NCBI GenBank assembly: GCA_001563995.1
Contig: LKMV01000001.1
Location: forward strand, 1-49,177
From: Nanohaloarchaea archaeon PL-Br10_U2g16
GTDB lineage: Archaea; Nanohalarchaeota; Nanosalinia; Nanosalinales; Nanosalinaceae
Length of the DNA stretch: 49,177 nucleotides
Reading direction: 5' to 3'
Numbering within the stretch: position 1 is the stretch's first letter; each line of letters starts with the position of its first letter. The position numbers were made by a program, and so were the translations under genes. Positions 20,287 through 29,861 of the stretch are shown piece after piece. Below the pieces are notes generated by a model. It saw only the letters and a program-made list of their open reading frames with translations, was not told the DNA's origin and ran no database searches.

Positions 20287-21786
20287 TTAGAGGCTGTAGA
20301 GATCTGAGTACTTTTCCTCTATATAGCTTATAAACGGTTCCGGAGTAGGTTTCCGGCCTGTAGCCTCTTTTATAAGATCTTCTGTCTTTAGGACTTTTCC
20401 TTTACTATGTATATTCTCTCTCAACCATTCAAGTAACGGATCAAACTCTCCTTCTTCTATCTTCTGATCCAAAGAGTCTATATCCTGGCTTGCGGCTTCA
20501 AAGATCTGTGCGGCCAGAACGCTTCCTACCGTATATGTTGGGAAGTATCCAAAGTTGCCCCAGCCCCAATGTATATCCTGAAGACATCCTTCAGCATCAT
20601 TCTCAGGTCTAAAGCCGAGATACTGTTCCATCTTATCATTCCATTTTTCAGGAAGCTCTTCAACAGCTATGTCGCCGTTTACCAGCTCTTTACCGAGCTC
20701 GAAACGGACAACTATATGAAGATGGTAGGTTAACTCGTCAGCCTCCACCCTAATCGGATTGTCTTCGTAGACCTGGTTAACAGATTCATAACATTCATCT
20801 GCCGTAACCTCTTCAAACTGTTCAGGGAATTTTTCCCTAAGCTTGGGCAGTAAAAACTTCATAAAAGGCTTGCTTCTTGCCACATGGTTCTCCCAGAGAC
20901 GTGACTGTGACTCATGAACGGATAAATCTCTTGAAGAGCCTGCAGGAACTCCAAAACTTTCCTCAGGAAGACCTTGGTTGTACAGACCATGGCCTGTTTC
21001 ATGGACAGTAGGTAAAATAGATTTTGAAAGATCCTGTTCGTTGTAACGTGTAGTAATCCTGGTATCGTACCGGTTGCCGGAGGTGAACGGGTGTGTGGAG
21101 ACATCTAAACGTCCACGGCTGAAATCAAAGTTAAGGGCTTCAACAAGTTCTCTGTTCAGTTTTTTCTGTTTCTCCTCGGAGAACTGTCCTTTGAAAGCTC
21201 CTTTTTCCAAGCTAGAATCAGACTCTTTTATCTTCTCAGTGATTTCAGTGAGCCGGTCCTTCAAAGTTTGGAGAATCTCCTCCATCGTTTCAAAACGGAT
21301 GAAAGGCTCGAAATCTTTGAAAAGAACCTTGTAAGGTTCTTCATCAGGATCGATATGTCCCGCATACTCCCGTTTTAGCTCTACCATCTTTTCAAGATGC
21401 GGCGCAAACTTCTGAAAATCATCCTGCTCCCTAGATTTCTTCCAAGCATCCACAGCTTCAGACTCTGTTTCCGATATCTTCTTTAGAAGATCTTCAGGAA
21501 CTTTCACAGCTTTTTTCTTCTCCCTCTTTACCTCTCTAATATTTGCTCTCTGTTCTTCGGATAAATCTTCATCTTCAAGCTGTTCAATTAGCTCTCCAAG
21601 CTTTTTATCAGTCATTAAGCCGTGTGTGACCGAGGTCAATGCGGATTTTTGTTGAGACCTTGGTTTAATACCCTCTTCAGGCATCATGACCTCTTGGTCC
21701 CATCCCAGCACAGCTGCAGCTTGCTGTATGTTAGAAATCTTCTTTACCTTCTCCTCGAAGTTTTCGTAACTTTCCATACTTACCAC
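20287..21786 (-). CDS. M32 carboxypeptidase (Taq-type)
   Basis: HExxH as VHETGHGLY, plus the conserved DIHWGWGNFGYFPTYTVGS block of family M32. Confidence 0.85.
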   Translation of the reverse strand: MVSMESYENFEEKVKKISNIQQAAAVLGWDQEVMMPEEGIKPRSQQKSALTSVTHGLMTDKKLGELIEQLEDEDLSEEQRANIREVKREKKKAVKVPEDLLKKISETESEAVDAWKKSREQDDFQKFAPHLEKMVELKREYAGHIDPDEEPYKVLFKDFEPFIRFETMEEILQTLKDRLTEITEKIKESDSSLEKGAFKGQFSEEKQKKLNRELVEALNFDFSRGRLDVSTHPFTSGNRYDTRITTRYNEQDLSKSILPTVHETGHGLYNQGLPEESFGVPAGSSRDLSVHESQSRLWENHVARSKPFMKFLLPKLREKFPEQFEEVTADECYESVNQVYEDNPIRVEADELTYHLHIVVRFELGKELVNGDIAVEELPEKWNDKMEQYLGFRPENDAEGCLQDIHWGWGNFGYFPTYTVGSVLAAQIFEAASQDIDSLDQKIEEGEFDPLLEWLRENIHSKGKVLKTEDLIKEATGRKPTPEPFISYIEEKYSDLYSL

Positions 21787-22820
21787 TAGAAGTACTCTTC
21801 CATCGTCTCGAAGGCATTTTCCAACAGTTCAACTGTTTCTTCTATATCCGACATCTTCGCAACTTCTACCGGAGAATGTATATGTCTTGTAGGCACACCT
21901 ATAGAACCTGTTGGAACTCCTTTGCGGGCCATCTGTATGCTTCTAGCATCATTACCGCCCCCTAACCGTTTTACATACTCTATATCACTCTCATCAGCTG
22001 TATCTACAAGCCAGTTCTTAATAGTTTCAGGAGCTATCATCCCTCTTCCAGAAGTTTGTATAAGTTCGATATTAGGCCCTTCCCCAAGCTCGCCAACATA
22101 TTTTTCTGTATCTAGTCCAGGGGCATCAGGAGTAGGAGTTACATCTATTGCTAGGCCTACGTCAGGATTTATACCGTATGCAGAAATTTTTGCACCTTTG
22201 GTTCCTACTTCTTCCTGCGTAGAAAATACTGCTGCCAATTCATAGTCTTCATCAAACCTTTTCAAAGCTTCTATCAAAACTAAACAACCTATCCTGTCAT
22301 CAAATGCTCTGCCCGTTACATAATCTCCTCTAAGTTCTTCAAAGCCTCTATCAATATAAATATAATCTCCAACATCTATACCTGCTTCCTTAACCTCTTC
22401 TTTGTCTTCTGCACCTATTTCAACAGCCAAATCCTTAATTTCAGGGATTTCATTCTCTTCTCCTTTTTCCACAGTATGTATAGGTTTTATACCTATTATA
22501 CCACTTACGTGTTCTCCTTCTGAGTTCTCTACCTTTACTTTTTGGTTTACTAGCTCTCTAGCAGATATACCCCACATCTTTTTGAAGTGTATAAAACCCT
22601 CATCATCTATCTTTTGTACATTCGCACATATCTGGTCCATATGTGCGGCAACCATCAAAGTTTTGTCCCCAGAACCTTTTCTCGCTATCAAATTACCTAG
22701 GTTATCTGTTTCTAGAGAATCAACCTCATCTTCAACCTTCTCTCTGATAAGCTCTCTGATTTTTTCCTCGTTGCCAGACCCACCTGTGGTCTCTACCAGT
22801 TCTTTTAGAAGCTGTTTCAT
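21786..22820 (-). CDS. M42 family aminopeptidase (TET/FrvX-like)
   Basis: N-terminus LLKELVETTGGSGNEEKIRELI...MVAAHMDQI and overall M42 architecture. Confidence 0.85.
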   Translation of the reverse strand: MKQLLKELVETTGGSGNEEKIRELIREKVEDEVDSLETDNLGNLIARKGSGDKTLMVAAHMDQICANVQKIDDEGFIHFKKMWGISARELVNQKVKVENSEGEHVSGIIGIKPIHTVEKGEENEIPEIKDLAVEIGAEDKEEVKEAGIDVGDYIYIDRGFEELRGDYVTGRAFDDRIGCLVLIEALKRFDEDYELAAVFSTQEEVGTKGAKISAYGINPDVGLAIDVTPTPDAPGLDTEKYVGELGEGPNIELIQTSGRGMIAPETIKNWLVDTADESDIEYVKRLGGGNDARSIQMARKGVPTGSIGVPTRHIHSPVEVAKMSDIEETVELLENAFETMEEYF

Positions 22821-22866
22821 ACAGTTTATTTATCTGGATAGATTTTAAACCCTAACCATACAGAGA

Positions 22867-23259
22867 ATGTTTATGCTAGCCTACCTTATTATCCTGTTAC
22901 TAGTCTTGCCTTTTGTAGACCTATTTATATTGGTGGAGCTAACAGGAATAATAGGTTTCTGGACCACTCTTGTGCTGATACTGCTTACAGGTATAATAGG
23001 AGCTGGAATAGTGAAAAAAGAAGGTATAAAAGTGCTTGGAAAGCTTCAGAGATCGGTAACAGCTGAAGAGGTTTCAAGAAATATTTTAGAAGGCGCTCTA
23101 GTGGTTTTTGGAGGGTTACTGCTTCTGAGCCCGGGCCTAATAACCGATTTTCTAGGGCTTTTGATGGTCTGGAGCCCTACAAGAGCCAGGATTGTTGTGA
23201 AGGTAGCCGAAAGATTCAAGGACAGATCAAACGTTCATTTTGAAGTCCAAAGATTCTAG
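22867..23259 (+). CDS. fxsA: FxsA family membrane protein
   Basis: Small two-TM protein with a ...LLSPGLITDFLGLLMVWSPTRARI... block matching the FxsA signature. Confidence 0.75.
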   Translation: MFMLAYLIILLLVLPFVDLFILVELTGIIGFWTTLVLILLTGIIGAGIVKKEGIKVLGKLQRSVTAEEVSRNILEGALVVFGGLLLLSPGLITDFLGLLMVWSPTRARIVVKVAERFKDRSNVHFEVQRF

Positions 23260-23964
23260 TTTTGGATGTGACGCTACAAGAGATACGGCAAACAACCCAA
23301 GTATAGCTTCAGTAGGTATCTCTAGACCTAAAAGCGATCCAGACATCAGGACTAATATCAAAGCTCCTCCTTTCCTTATATAATCCATCCTTATATTCTC
23401 GGGCTCGATGAGGGAAGCCAGGGTTAAGACAACTAAAGATACTGAGACTGTTAAAACCGCTGGAACTATATACTGGAGGCTTAATGAGACCGATTCCGGA
23501 TAACTCAGGGAGAGAAGTATCCCTGTAACCAGTACCGCTTCAGCAGATATATTTTTTAGAACATCCAACCTGGCTATATCTCTGGCTATTACGATTAACA
23601 CCATCGCTGCAACATACCTCATCCTCTCCACGTGAACCAGTTGTTCATAGACGGGAGCTATTAAAGATACAGCTAAGGCTCCGGCTAGAAGCACAGGAGC
23701 AGCTTTACCAACCATCGACAGCGCATGGCGTCTTGACTCGGAGTAAGAGTAAAGAACCGCAAGGCTCCCTGCTCCGGCAAAGACAGTTACGGCCACAGAT
23801 AGAATGCTGGAAAAAGTTTCCACAGCTCCCGTGACCAGAAGCGTGGCGAACACACCATCCACCAAAGGCAGTGATAGGATAAAGATTAGCTTTCTCGTTC
23901 CCTGATCAACGGACAGACGCCCTGAAGCACCGTCAGTTAACGTGTCCAGAACCAGTTTAATCAC
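23227..23964 (-). CDS. Polytopic membrane protein, unknown function
   Basis: 245 aa with about 6 predicted TM helices. Convergent with fxsA and overlaps its 3' end by 33 nt. Confidence 0.55.
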   Translation of the reverse strand: MIKLVLDTLTDGASGRLSVDQGTRKLIFILSLPLVDGVFATLLVTGAVETFSSILSVAVTVFAGAGSLAVLYSYSESRRHALSMVGKAAPVLLAGALAVSLIAPVYEQLVHVERMRYVAAMVLIVIARDIARLDVLKNISAEAVLVTGILLSLSYPESVSLSLQYIVPAVLTVSVSLVVLTLASLIEPENIRMDYIRKGGALILVLMSGSLLGLEIPTEAILGLFAVSLVASHPKLESLDFKMNV

Positions 23965-24176
23965 CTTAGAAATACGGTCCCGGAGCTCACGTTTACCTTA
24001 TTTCCAGGTAAACATAGCTCCGATATCAAAGAACTTCTGCTTGGAGATAGCTACAGCTGCCGGTAGATCAGAAACTTCAATACTTTGATCGACAGCCGAA
24101 TAACTCATACATAATCTTTATTACCGGCCGGTTTTAAAAAGGAAACGGTATTCTATGAAGAAAAAGAGAAGGGGAG

Positions 24177-24407
24177 TTACCCCTGTTTCTGAAGGTTCTC
24201 CACAAAGTCGTTGAACTCGTCCCTAACCGCTTTGAAACCGGACTCATTCACAAATACAGGCACGGAACCTAAACCCATAGGAAGGTTCAGACGGAGGAAC
24301 TCGTTCCCGTTTTTATCCTTCTCCGCCCAGAGAGTAATTCCTTCACTTCGGTTTTGAAACACAGGGGGCTTCGCATCAGCGTCCGAATTCTTAGCTTGAT
24401 CTGCCAT
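24177..24407 (-). CDS. Small hypothetical protein (76 aa)
   Basis: ORF with a plausible start. The GITLWAEKDKNGNEFLRLNLPMG segment is faintly PC4/YdbC-like, but this is unverified. Confidence 0.4.
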   Translation of the reverse strand: MADQAKNSDADAKPPVFQNRSEGITLWAEKDKNGNEFLRLNLPMGLGSVPVFVNESGFKAVRDEFNDFVENLQKQG

Positions 24408-24467
24408 GGTGAAAAAAGGCTAAAAAACTATTAAATAGCTTCTTAGGATAAAATATAACGTTATAGG

Positions 24468-25286
24468 TTAATCAACCTGGTTTTCAATCTCATCCTCAAT
24501 TTTATATACTTCTTTAGGCTCAGGACATCCATACTCTTCCTTATGAGAAATTTTACAGCTCCTATCATATCTAGATAGAGCTGATTCTAGGCTTATTCTC
24601 CCTCCTACCGCTCTTCCAAATATTTCAAGGCTTTCTCCATACTTTTCCTCCAGTCTATCCAGTCTCTCGGTTTCTATCACAAAGAACCGTGAGAGAGAAG
24701 TCTTATCGTTTAAGGCAATAATAGAGTAACCTTCTTTCTCCAAGAAGTTTCTGTTTATTGTATACATCAATGCTGTTATGTTTACAGCCGCTCCTCTTTC
24801 CTGTGGAGGATAACGGAAAAATATCTCTTCAGTCTCAGAGCTGTTGATATCCTGAAATAATATTTTTATCGCCGGCGGATGTTCCGTTCTCGGCAAAGTC
24901 GTATTGGTCTCCCATTCAGCACCGTCATACTGCTCCAAACCAAGTTTATAGCCTAGCGGCAACAGAATCGGGTTAAGACATACGCTGATTACATCTCCTT
25001 GACGGTAAGCTATATCCTTAGAAAACCCTCTTTCCGACCTGAATAAAAACTCTACCAGCTTCTGAGCCTCAGACCCCACAATATATCCAGGATACTCAGA
25101 CGGATCTTCATAGCCCTCAACAGAGTATACCGCATCCAGTACCGTTTCAACCATATCGTCGCCAGGATTATCGACATAATTGCCGGAACATCTTGATATA
25201 ATAGACTCTTCAGCAACTCCAAACTCTCGGAGAACTCTCAGAATCCTAATTGCCGAATCAGCCATTTCCTCTGTATACCAACCCAT
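24468..25286 (-). CDS. Hypothetical protein (272 aa)
   Basis: Long ORF in an operon-like arrangement with the downstream M29 peptidase gene. No motif recognised. Confidence 0.5.
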   Translation of the reverse strand: MGWYTEEMADSAIRILRVLREFGVAEESIISRCSGNYVDNPGDDMVETVLDAVYSVEGYEDPSEYPGYIVGSEAQKLVEFLFRSERGFSKDIAYRQGDVISVCLNPILLPLGYKLGLEQYDGAEWETNTTLPRTEHPPAIKILFQDINSSETEEIFFRYPPQERGAAVNITALMYTINRNFLEKEGYSIIALNDKTSLSRFFVIETERLDRLEEKYGESLEIFGRAVGGRISLESALSRYDRSCKISHKEEYGCPEPKEVYKIEDEIENQVD

Positions 25287-25344
25287 AAACAGCTTATTTT
25301 TACGTTAAATTAAAAATCTTAATACATTTTCCCGAGTAATCTAA

Positions 25345-26292
25345 CTATAGAAAGTTAGGCTCCCCCTCGTCTAGAACCTTTTCATCATCGAACCATACTG
25401 TAGGAGATTCACATACCGTGTCCCAGTGTATATCACATGGATTAACCCTATCATCGTCGACGTAAGAACTGTTGTCTCCAAATGCGATATGTACTGTACC
25501 GAGAACCTTCTCATCCTGAAGAACGTTGCCGATCAAGGTTGCTTCCGGGTTTGTTCCAAAACCGAACTCTGCTATGCTTCTAGAGCATGGGAACTCTTCG
25601 AAAGCTTCTTCAAGCTCTGAAGATTCAACCCCTTCCGGATGTCTGATCGCTACTACATCGTTCTCCTTTATTTCCACCTCGGTACCGGAAGGTGCGAACG
25701 GGAAATGATCAACTACCAACGTTCCACTCATATTAACAGGGTAACCGTTCGGTTCACCGGCAGGAAGGTTTCCAAATTCTCCTTTCTCAGTTATCACTCC
25801 GGTATCGGCATGATAAGTATCAAAATCTACCTTGAAACTGAGTTCTGTACCGGAAGGCGTTTCAATCCTTACCTCATTCGTATCCTCTAACATCTTGTAG
25901 ACTTTTTCAGTTATCCTCTTGACCTCGGAGTAATCGGCCTGGAGAGAAGTTTCCCATATCTGTTTGTTGACTCCGGGCAAAGTTGCTCCTCTCGCACCGG
26001 CTTCATTAGCTTCCTTTCTTGCATTTGTATGTGAGATAGATTTCTTGGTAGGTGCGATAAACACATCATACTCCTTCATTCTATCAGCTATTTCTTTTGG
26101 AGGCTCTTCACCATGGTTTTCCGGCTCTTCGTACTCCATGTAATCATACTCAATACCTCTGTCCTCCAGAACTTCGAATAGCGCTTCGAAAAGATCTTGA
26201 TCATTGCCGTCGTTCAAGACAAGAACTGTTTCATCATCGGATATTTTCAGACACTGATCTACGATAGTTTCAGCTCCGGATCTCAGGCTCAT
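25345..26292 (-). CDS. M29 family aminopeptidase (AmpS/PepS-like)
   Basis: GNLPAGE and HIAFGDN...DIHWD blocks resembling aminopeptidase T family metal ligands. Confidence 0.75.
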   Translation of the reverse strand: MSLRSGAETIVDQCLKISDDETVLVLNDGNDQDLFEALFEVLEDRGIEYDYMEYEEPENHGEEPPKEIADRMKEYDVFIAPTKKSISHTNARKEANEAGARGATLPGVNKQIWETSLQADYSEVKRITEKVYKMLEDTNEVRIETPSGTELSFKVDFDTYHADTGVITEKGEFGNLPAGEPNGYPVNMSGTLVVDHFPFAPSGTEVEIKENDVVAIRHPEGVESSELEEAFEEFPCSRSIAEFGFGTNPEATLIGNVLQDEKVLGTVHIAFGDNSSYVDDDRVNPCDIHWDTVCESPTVWFDDEKVLDEGEPNFL

Positions 26293-26379
26293 AACCGGAA
26301 TTGGAAAATGAAACTTTAAGCTTCTAACGAATCACATCACCAATAAGTCCCAATAAAATTATTAGAAATATAAAAATCC

Positions 26380-26961
26380 TTGAGACTATCTAAAAGTTAC
26401 AGGTTATCTATGGACTCTGTTAAACAACTTCTAGAATCAGAAGAACTTGATGAAGACAAAAAGATTGAAATTAGAAGATACTTAGAGCCTATAGCTGATA
26501 CTCTGTATGAAATAAAAGAAGAAAAAGAGCCAAATATTTATGGAAGCCTTAAGTTTGATTCAAAGACATTAAAATCAAGGAATGAATGTTTAACAGGTGC
26601 AGGCCCGGATTTGGCTTTGAGAGGCATAGAATCCCTCGAATACTTCAGAGAAAACAATAAAGGATACCGGATAGAGTTAGAATGTATTGAAAAGCTGAAA
26701 GAAGATGCAGAAGATATTGAAAAACACAGAACCAGGGAAGAAGAGAAACAACTAATAAGGAAGACTGTGGAACAGCTTTCAAACAATGGTGATTCTAACA
26801 GAAAGATAGATTACCCTACTTACAGAGAAGTCAAAGAAACATTTGACGAAGACATAGAACACAGCTTGACAGAGGATGCATTTAGAAAAAGGTTTCACGA
26901 ACAGGATAATATAGAGAAAATTGAAAGAGCAGGAAATCCAGCGTACAAAGTAGCAGAATAA
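26380..26961 (+). CDS. Hypothetical protein (193 aa)
   Basis: ORF ending 1 nt before the tRNA. An alternative start is at 26410 (MDSVKQLL). Confidence 0.5.
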   Translation: MRLSKSYRLSMDSVKQLLESEELDEDKKIEIRRYLEPIADTLYEIKEEKEPNIYGSLKFDSKTLKSRNECLTGAGPDLALRGIESLEYFRENNKGYRIELECIEKLKEDAEDIEKHRTREEEKQLIRKTVEQLSNNGDSNRKIDYPTYREVKETFDEDIEHSLTEDAFRKRFHEQDNIEKIERAGNPAYKVAE

Positions 26962-26962
26962 A

Positions 26963-27133
26963 GCCTCGGTGGCTCAGCCTGGCTAGAGCGGTCCCCTCGT
27001 AACCGATCAACTCGTGGAGTTGTGAGGCGAAGAAGATCTCTGATCTTCGAGTCCGACTTCTTGAGCGTAAGCGAAAGATGTCGGATGAAGGCGAGCAAGG
27101 GACAGATCCCGGGTTCAAATCCCGGCCGGGGCT
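26963..27133 (+). tRNA. tRNA-Thr(CGU) with long intron in the anticodon loop
   Basis: Hand-folded. Acceptor GCCTCGG pairs with CCGGGGC (one G-U). D-arm GCTC/AGCCTGGCTA/GAGC. Anticodon stem GTCCC with loop CTCGTAA (anticodon CGT), whose 3' partner GGGAC appears only after an insertion of about 96 nt. T-arm CCGGG/TTCAAAT/CCCGG, discriminator T, and no encoded CCA. Confidence 0.85.
27002..27097 (+). other. tRNA intron (about 96 nt) at canonical 37/38 position
   Basis: This sequence separates anticodon-loop nt 37 from the GGGAC 3' half of the anticodon stem. Exon CUCG can pair with intron CGAG to form the central helix of a relaxed bulge-helix-bulge. The boundary may shift by 1 nt because A is repeated. 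Confidence 0.7.
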
Positions 27134-27217
27134 TCTTGTATCTTTTTGACAGAGCCTAGATTCCTTGTTCGGAGAACTGTTCCGGTCCTTGTTCTTCAAG
27201 GCTTCAAGATTATAATA

Positions 27218-28183
27218 TCAGAAAGAAGTTAACAACAGCAAAGCCATTAAAACAGACATTAGGATCATAGAAACAGGATAAATTAGATGTAGGTTTTCTG
27301 CAGATTTCTTTTTGTAGTATGTAGAAGGTTTAAACCCAAGTAGCTTAAGCACGGTAGAACCTGAAACTATAACAGCTAGTAGATTTACAACGGCAATTGA
27401 AAAAGCTCTTGATGCGAAAAGCCACTCCGCCATTCTTAAACCGACACCTGCAGCTGCTAGAGGCGGAACCAGTGCTATTGCAACTGCAACTCCTGCTATC
27501 TGATCCCTTATCCCGGTTACAAATGCTAGAACCGCTGCTGAACCTACGAAAAGTGAGAGCAACATGTTGGGTATCTCTGACGATACTATCATTGACATCA
27601 GAGGGGTAATTTCAGAGGGAAACGGGATTACTGAAACTGTTGAAACCGTTAGAGCGATCAGTATACTGAGAAAAGAGGTTCCAGCTGCCTGCTTAAGTAA
27701 GGTCTTGTCTCCGATGGTGAGCGATACCGCGCTGGAAACAATCGGAGATAACATCGGCGCCAGCATCATAGCTCCGATAACTACGGTAACGTTATCAAGT
27801 ATTAATCCGTAAGAAGCTATGGCTGCGGAAAGGGCTATCAGCGCCCACTGCGGGTAGTTAAAGTTTGCTGACTCTTGCGCACTGCTGTAGATCTCTTCCT
27901 GTGAAAGCATCGCAGATCCTCCTCTAGTCTTCTGTCCTTTCTCTATAAGGGATTCTTCCTTCAGTACCCTAACTACCAGCTCTCCGGATTCAATCTGTTT
28001 TATTGATTTTAGCTCGGAGACAGCATCATCTATATCGCTTGAGACAACGGTAGCGGTAAACTCTATTATATCCGATCCGTTACGTTCTCCCTGGACAGAG
28101 TAAACATCAGAGCTGTAGCTGTCTAGAACCTCTCTGACCTCTTCGCCGTTTTCCTCAGGGGCGTAGACCTGTATCTCTTTCAC
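27218..28183 (-). CDS. DUF389/TIGR00341-like membrane protein with N-terminal soluble domain
   Basis: A soluble N-terminal domain of about 100 aa is followed by a hydrophobic core with GAMMLAPMLSPIVSSA. Family call is from memory and moderately confident. Confidence 0.6.
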   Translation of the reverse strand: MKEIQVYAPEENGEEVREVLDSYSSDVYSVQGERNGSDIIEFTATVVSSDIDDAVSELKSIKQIESGELVVRVLKEESLIEKGQKTRGGSAMLSQEEIYSSAQESANFNYPQWALIALSAAIASYGLILDNVTVVIGAMMLAPMLSPIVSSAVSLTIGDKTLLKQAAGTSFLSILIALTVSTVSVIPFPSEITPLMSMIVSSEIPNMLLSLFVGSAAVLAFVTGIRDQIAGVAVAIALVPPLAAAGVGLRMAEWLFASRAFSIAVVNLLAVIVSGSTVLKLLGFKPSTYYKKKSAENLHLIYPVSMILMSVLMALLLLTSF

Positions 28184-28251
28184 GTAAAAATATTTACCGC
28201 GGCGAGTTAAAAATCAAAAACAAAGTGCCGGCCAAATTCTAAAAGAAAAAA

Positions 28252-28578
28252 CTAGACAGAGTTCTGCTCCTCCCATCTCTTCATAGATAGGATAACCGGT
28301 CTTAGAGAGTCTCCTTTCTCTGTAAGTGAGTACTCAACCTTCTTAGGGCTTTCAGAAATTATCTCTTTGTGAACTATTCCCTTTTCCTGGAGATCTTTCA
28401 GACTTTCAGACAGCACAGTGTCCGATATCTCAGGGATAGACCGGCTCAGACGGTTAAAACTTTTACCTCCCTCCATGAGCCTGTAAACAATTACAAGATG
28501 CCATTTCCTGTTCAGTAGACTTGATGTCAGGGTTTTCGGGCTCCATAACTCTTTCTGTTCACAGACTGTCTCGTACAT
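28252..28578 (-). CDS. HxlR-type winged-helix transcriptional regulator
   Basis: LLNRKWHLVIVYRL..GGKSFNRL...IPEISDTVLSESLKDLQEKGIV...VEYSLTEKG matches the HxlR/MarR-like pattern. Confidence 0.8.
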   Translation of the reverse strand: MYETVCEQKELWSPKTLTSSLLNRKWHLVIVYRLMEGGKSFNRLSRSIPEISDTVLSESLKDLQEKGIVHKEIISESPKKVEYSLTEKGDSLRPVILSMKRWEEQNSV

Positions 28579-28695
28579 TTGAATCCTCTAAGGTATCCTT
28601 TGTGATACCGCCTTATAATATGCTCTGAGACAGTATTCTAAATTTTGACAGCCTCTAAAGCTAAATAAAAGGTTTCTGGTACAGTATTCTAAACC

Positions 28696-29148
28696 TTATT
28701 CCCACATCCGGATAAAGCCATCGACCCTGGAGTCCAGTATATCCGATGCATACCTCTTAACCGCCTTCGCTGCCGAACGGTTTAAGACATATGAATCCTT
28801 CTTCTCAACTAGCTCCGCGTCCTGAAGAACCTTCAGATGGTGTGATATAGTTGGTGCAGACCTATCGACCTTTCCGGATATCTGTTTTAGCGTATGTTCT
28901 CCTTCATCAATATAGTAGATTATCTCTCCTCTAGGAGAATGGTTTAATGCTGCAAGAGCATTTCTATCGCTTTTAGATACTTCAGAATTAAATATTCTCC
29001 TGTATCCTCTTATCTTCTGATCCTCTAGACTTTCTACCCGTCCAATATGGTAGTTTATAGTTGACTTAGAACATCCTACCTCTCTCTGGAGCTTCCTGAA
29101 ATGTATGCCCGGAGTGCTGTCTACCTGATCGATTATCTGAGCCTTCAT
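28696..29148 (-). CDS. Winged helix-turn-helix transcriptional regulator (ArsR-like, tandem wHTH)
   Basis: Two HTH-like segments: IHFRKLQREVGCSKSTINYHIGRVES and TLKQISGKVDRSAPTISHHLKVLQDAELVEKK. Confidence 0.7.
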   Translation of the reverse strand: MKAQIIDQVDSTPGIHFRKLQREVGCSKSTINYHIGRVESLEDQKIRGYRRIFNSEVSKSDRNALAALNHSPRGEIIYYIDEGEHTLKQISGKVDRSAPTISHHLKVLQDAELVEKKDSYVLNRSAAKAVKRYASDILDSRVDGFIRMWE

Positions 29149-29411
29149 TCCCTTATACCCCCATAGAACAGTAGCAGTACCGCAAGGTTTGTGACATCAC
29201 AGAAAGTTGATACAAATCCGGATCCGATCCAGACGTTTAGGAGCAGTAGAAACTCCTTAAAACCGTAGAGGCCGAACGCTGATACTATATAAAGAAACTT
29301 TCTATTCTTTTTCTTCTGGTAAGCTTTAACTGAAAGCAGGAAGAGCCCTAATGATACTATAAAGGTTATAAAATGAAGCAAAAATCTAAAAGAGAGCTCT
29401 TCAACCATCAT
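29145..29411 (-). CDS. Small two-TM membrane protein
   Basis: 88-aa ORF with two hydrophobic helices, translationally coupled (4-nt overlap) to the regulator gene upstream. Confidence 0.4.
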   Translation of the reverse strand: MMVEELSFRFLLHFITFIVSLGLFLLSVKAYQKKKNRKFLYIVSAFGLYGFKEFLLLLNVWIGSGFVSTFCDVTNLAVLLLFYGGIRE

Positions 29412-29415
29412 ACTA

Positions 29416-29850
29416 TCACCTATCCAGTTTCTGCCGTATCTCTTCCCAGTACTTCAGGCCTATTCCCGCCATTACAGGAGCCACCACAACCGCTACAAAT
29501 ACCTCTGTAGCTACATGTGGAAGGCTGTGGAAAAGCCGGCTGAAGGACAGTAGGAATACTACAAACGCCGAACCGATTAACGTATAGCCTATGTAATCCT
29601 CGGCATCCTTCAGAGACGTACCTGAGTACTTTCTCCTAAGGTAGAACTGCATTACCTCATTGAGGAAGAATACGGATGCCAGGAACGGTAGGAAAAGGTA
29701 CAAAGCTGTCTCCGGCAATGTTTCCTGTGTAGGAAGCGAAGGACCTGCACCTGCTGTTGTCTGCTGATGGCTTGCTAGTACTGTAGTAGATTTTAGAACA
29801 GCCAAAGCTGTCAAGACACCGATCTTATCCGTAATTCTATTTATTTTCAT
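29416..29850 (-). CDS. Membrane protein, unknown function
   Basis: 144 aa with an N-terminal signal/anchor and 2-3 TM helices. Confidence 0.5.
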   Translation of the reverse strand: MKINRITDKIGVLTALAVLKSTTVLASHQQTTAGAGPSLPTQETLPETALYLFLPFLASVFFLNEVMQFYLRRKYSGTSLKDAEDYIGYTLIGSAFVVFLLSFSRLFHSLPHVATEVFVAVVVAPVMAGIGLKYWEEIRQKLDR

Positions 29851-29861
29851 CTTTTCACCTT

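Noticed and set aside
26882-27199. ORFs of 105 aa and 67 aa on the minus strand overlapping the tRNA-Thr gene
   Set aside because: They overlap a confidently folded tRNA and have no coding signal. They reflect the GC-rich structured RNA sequence.
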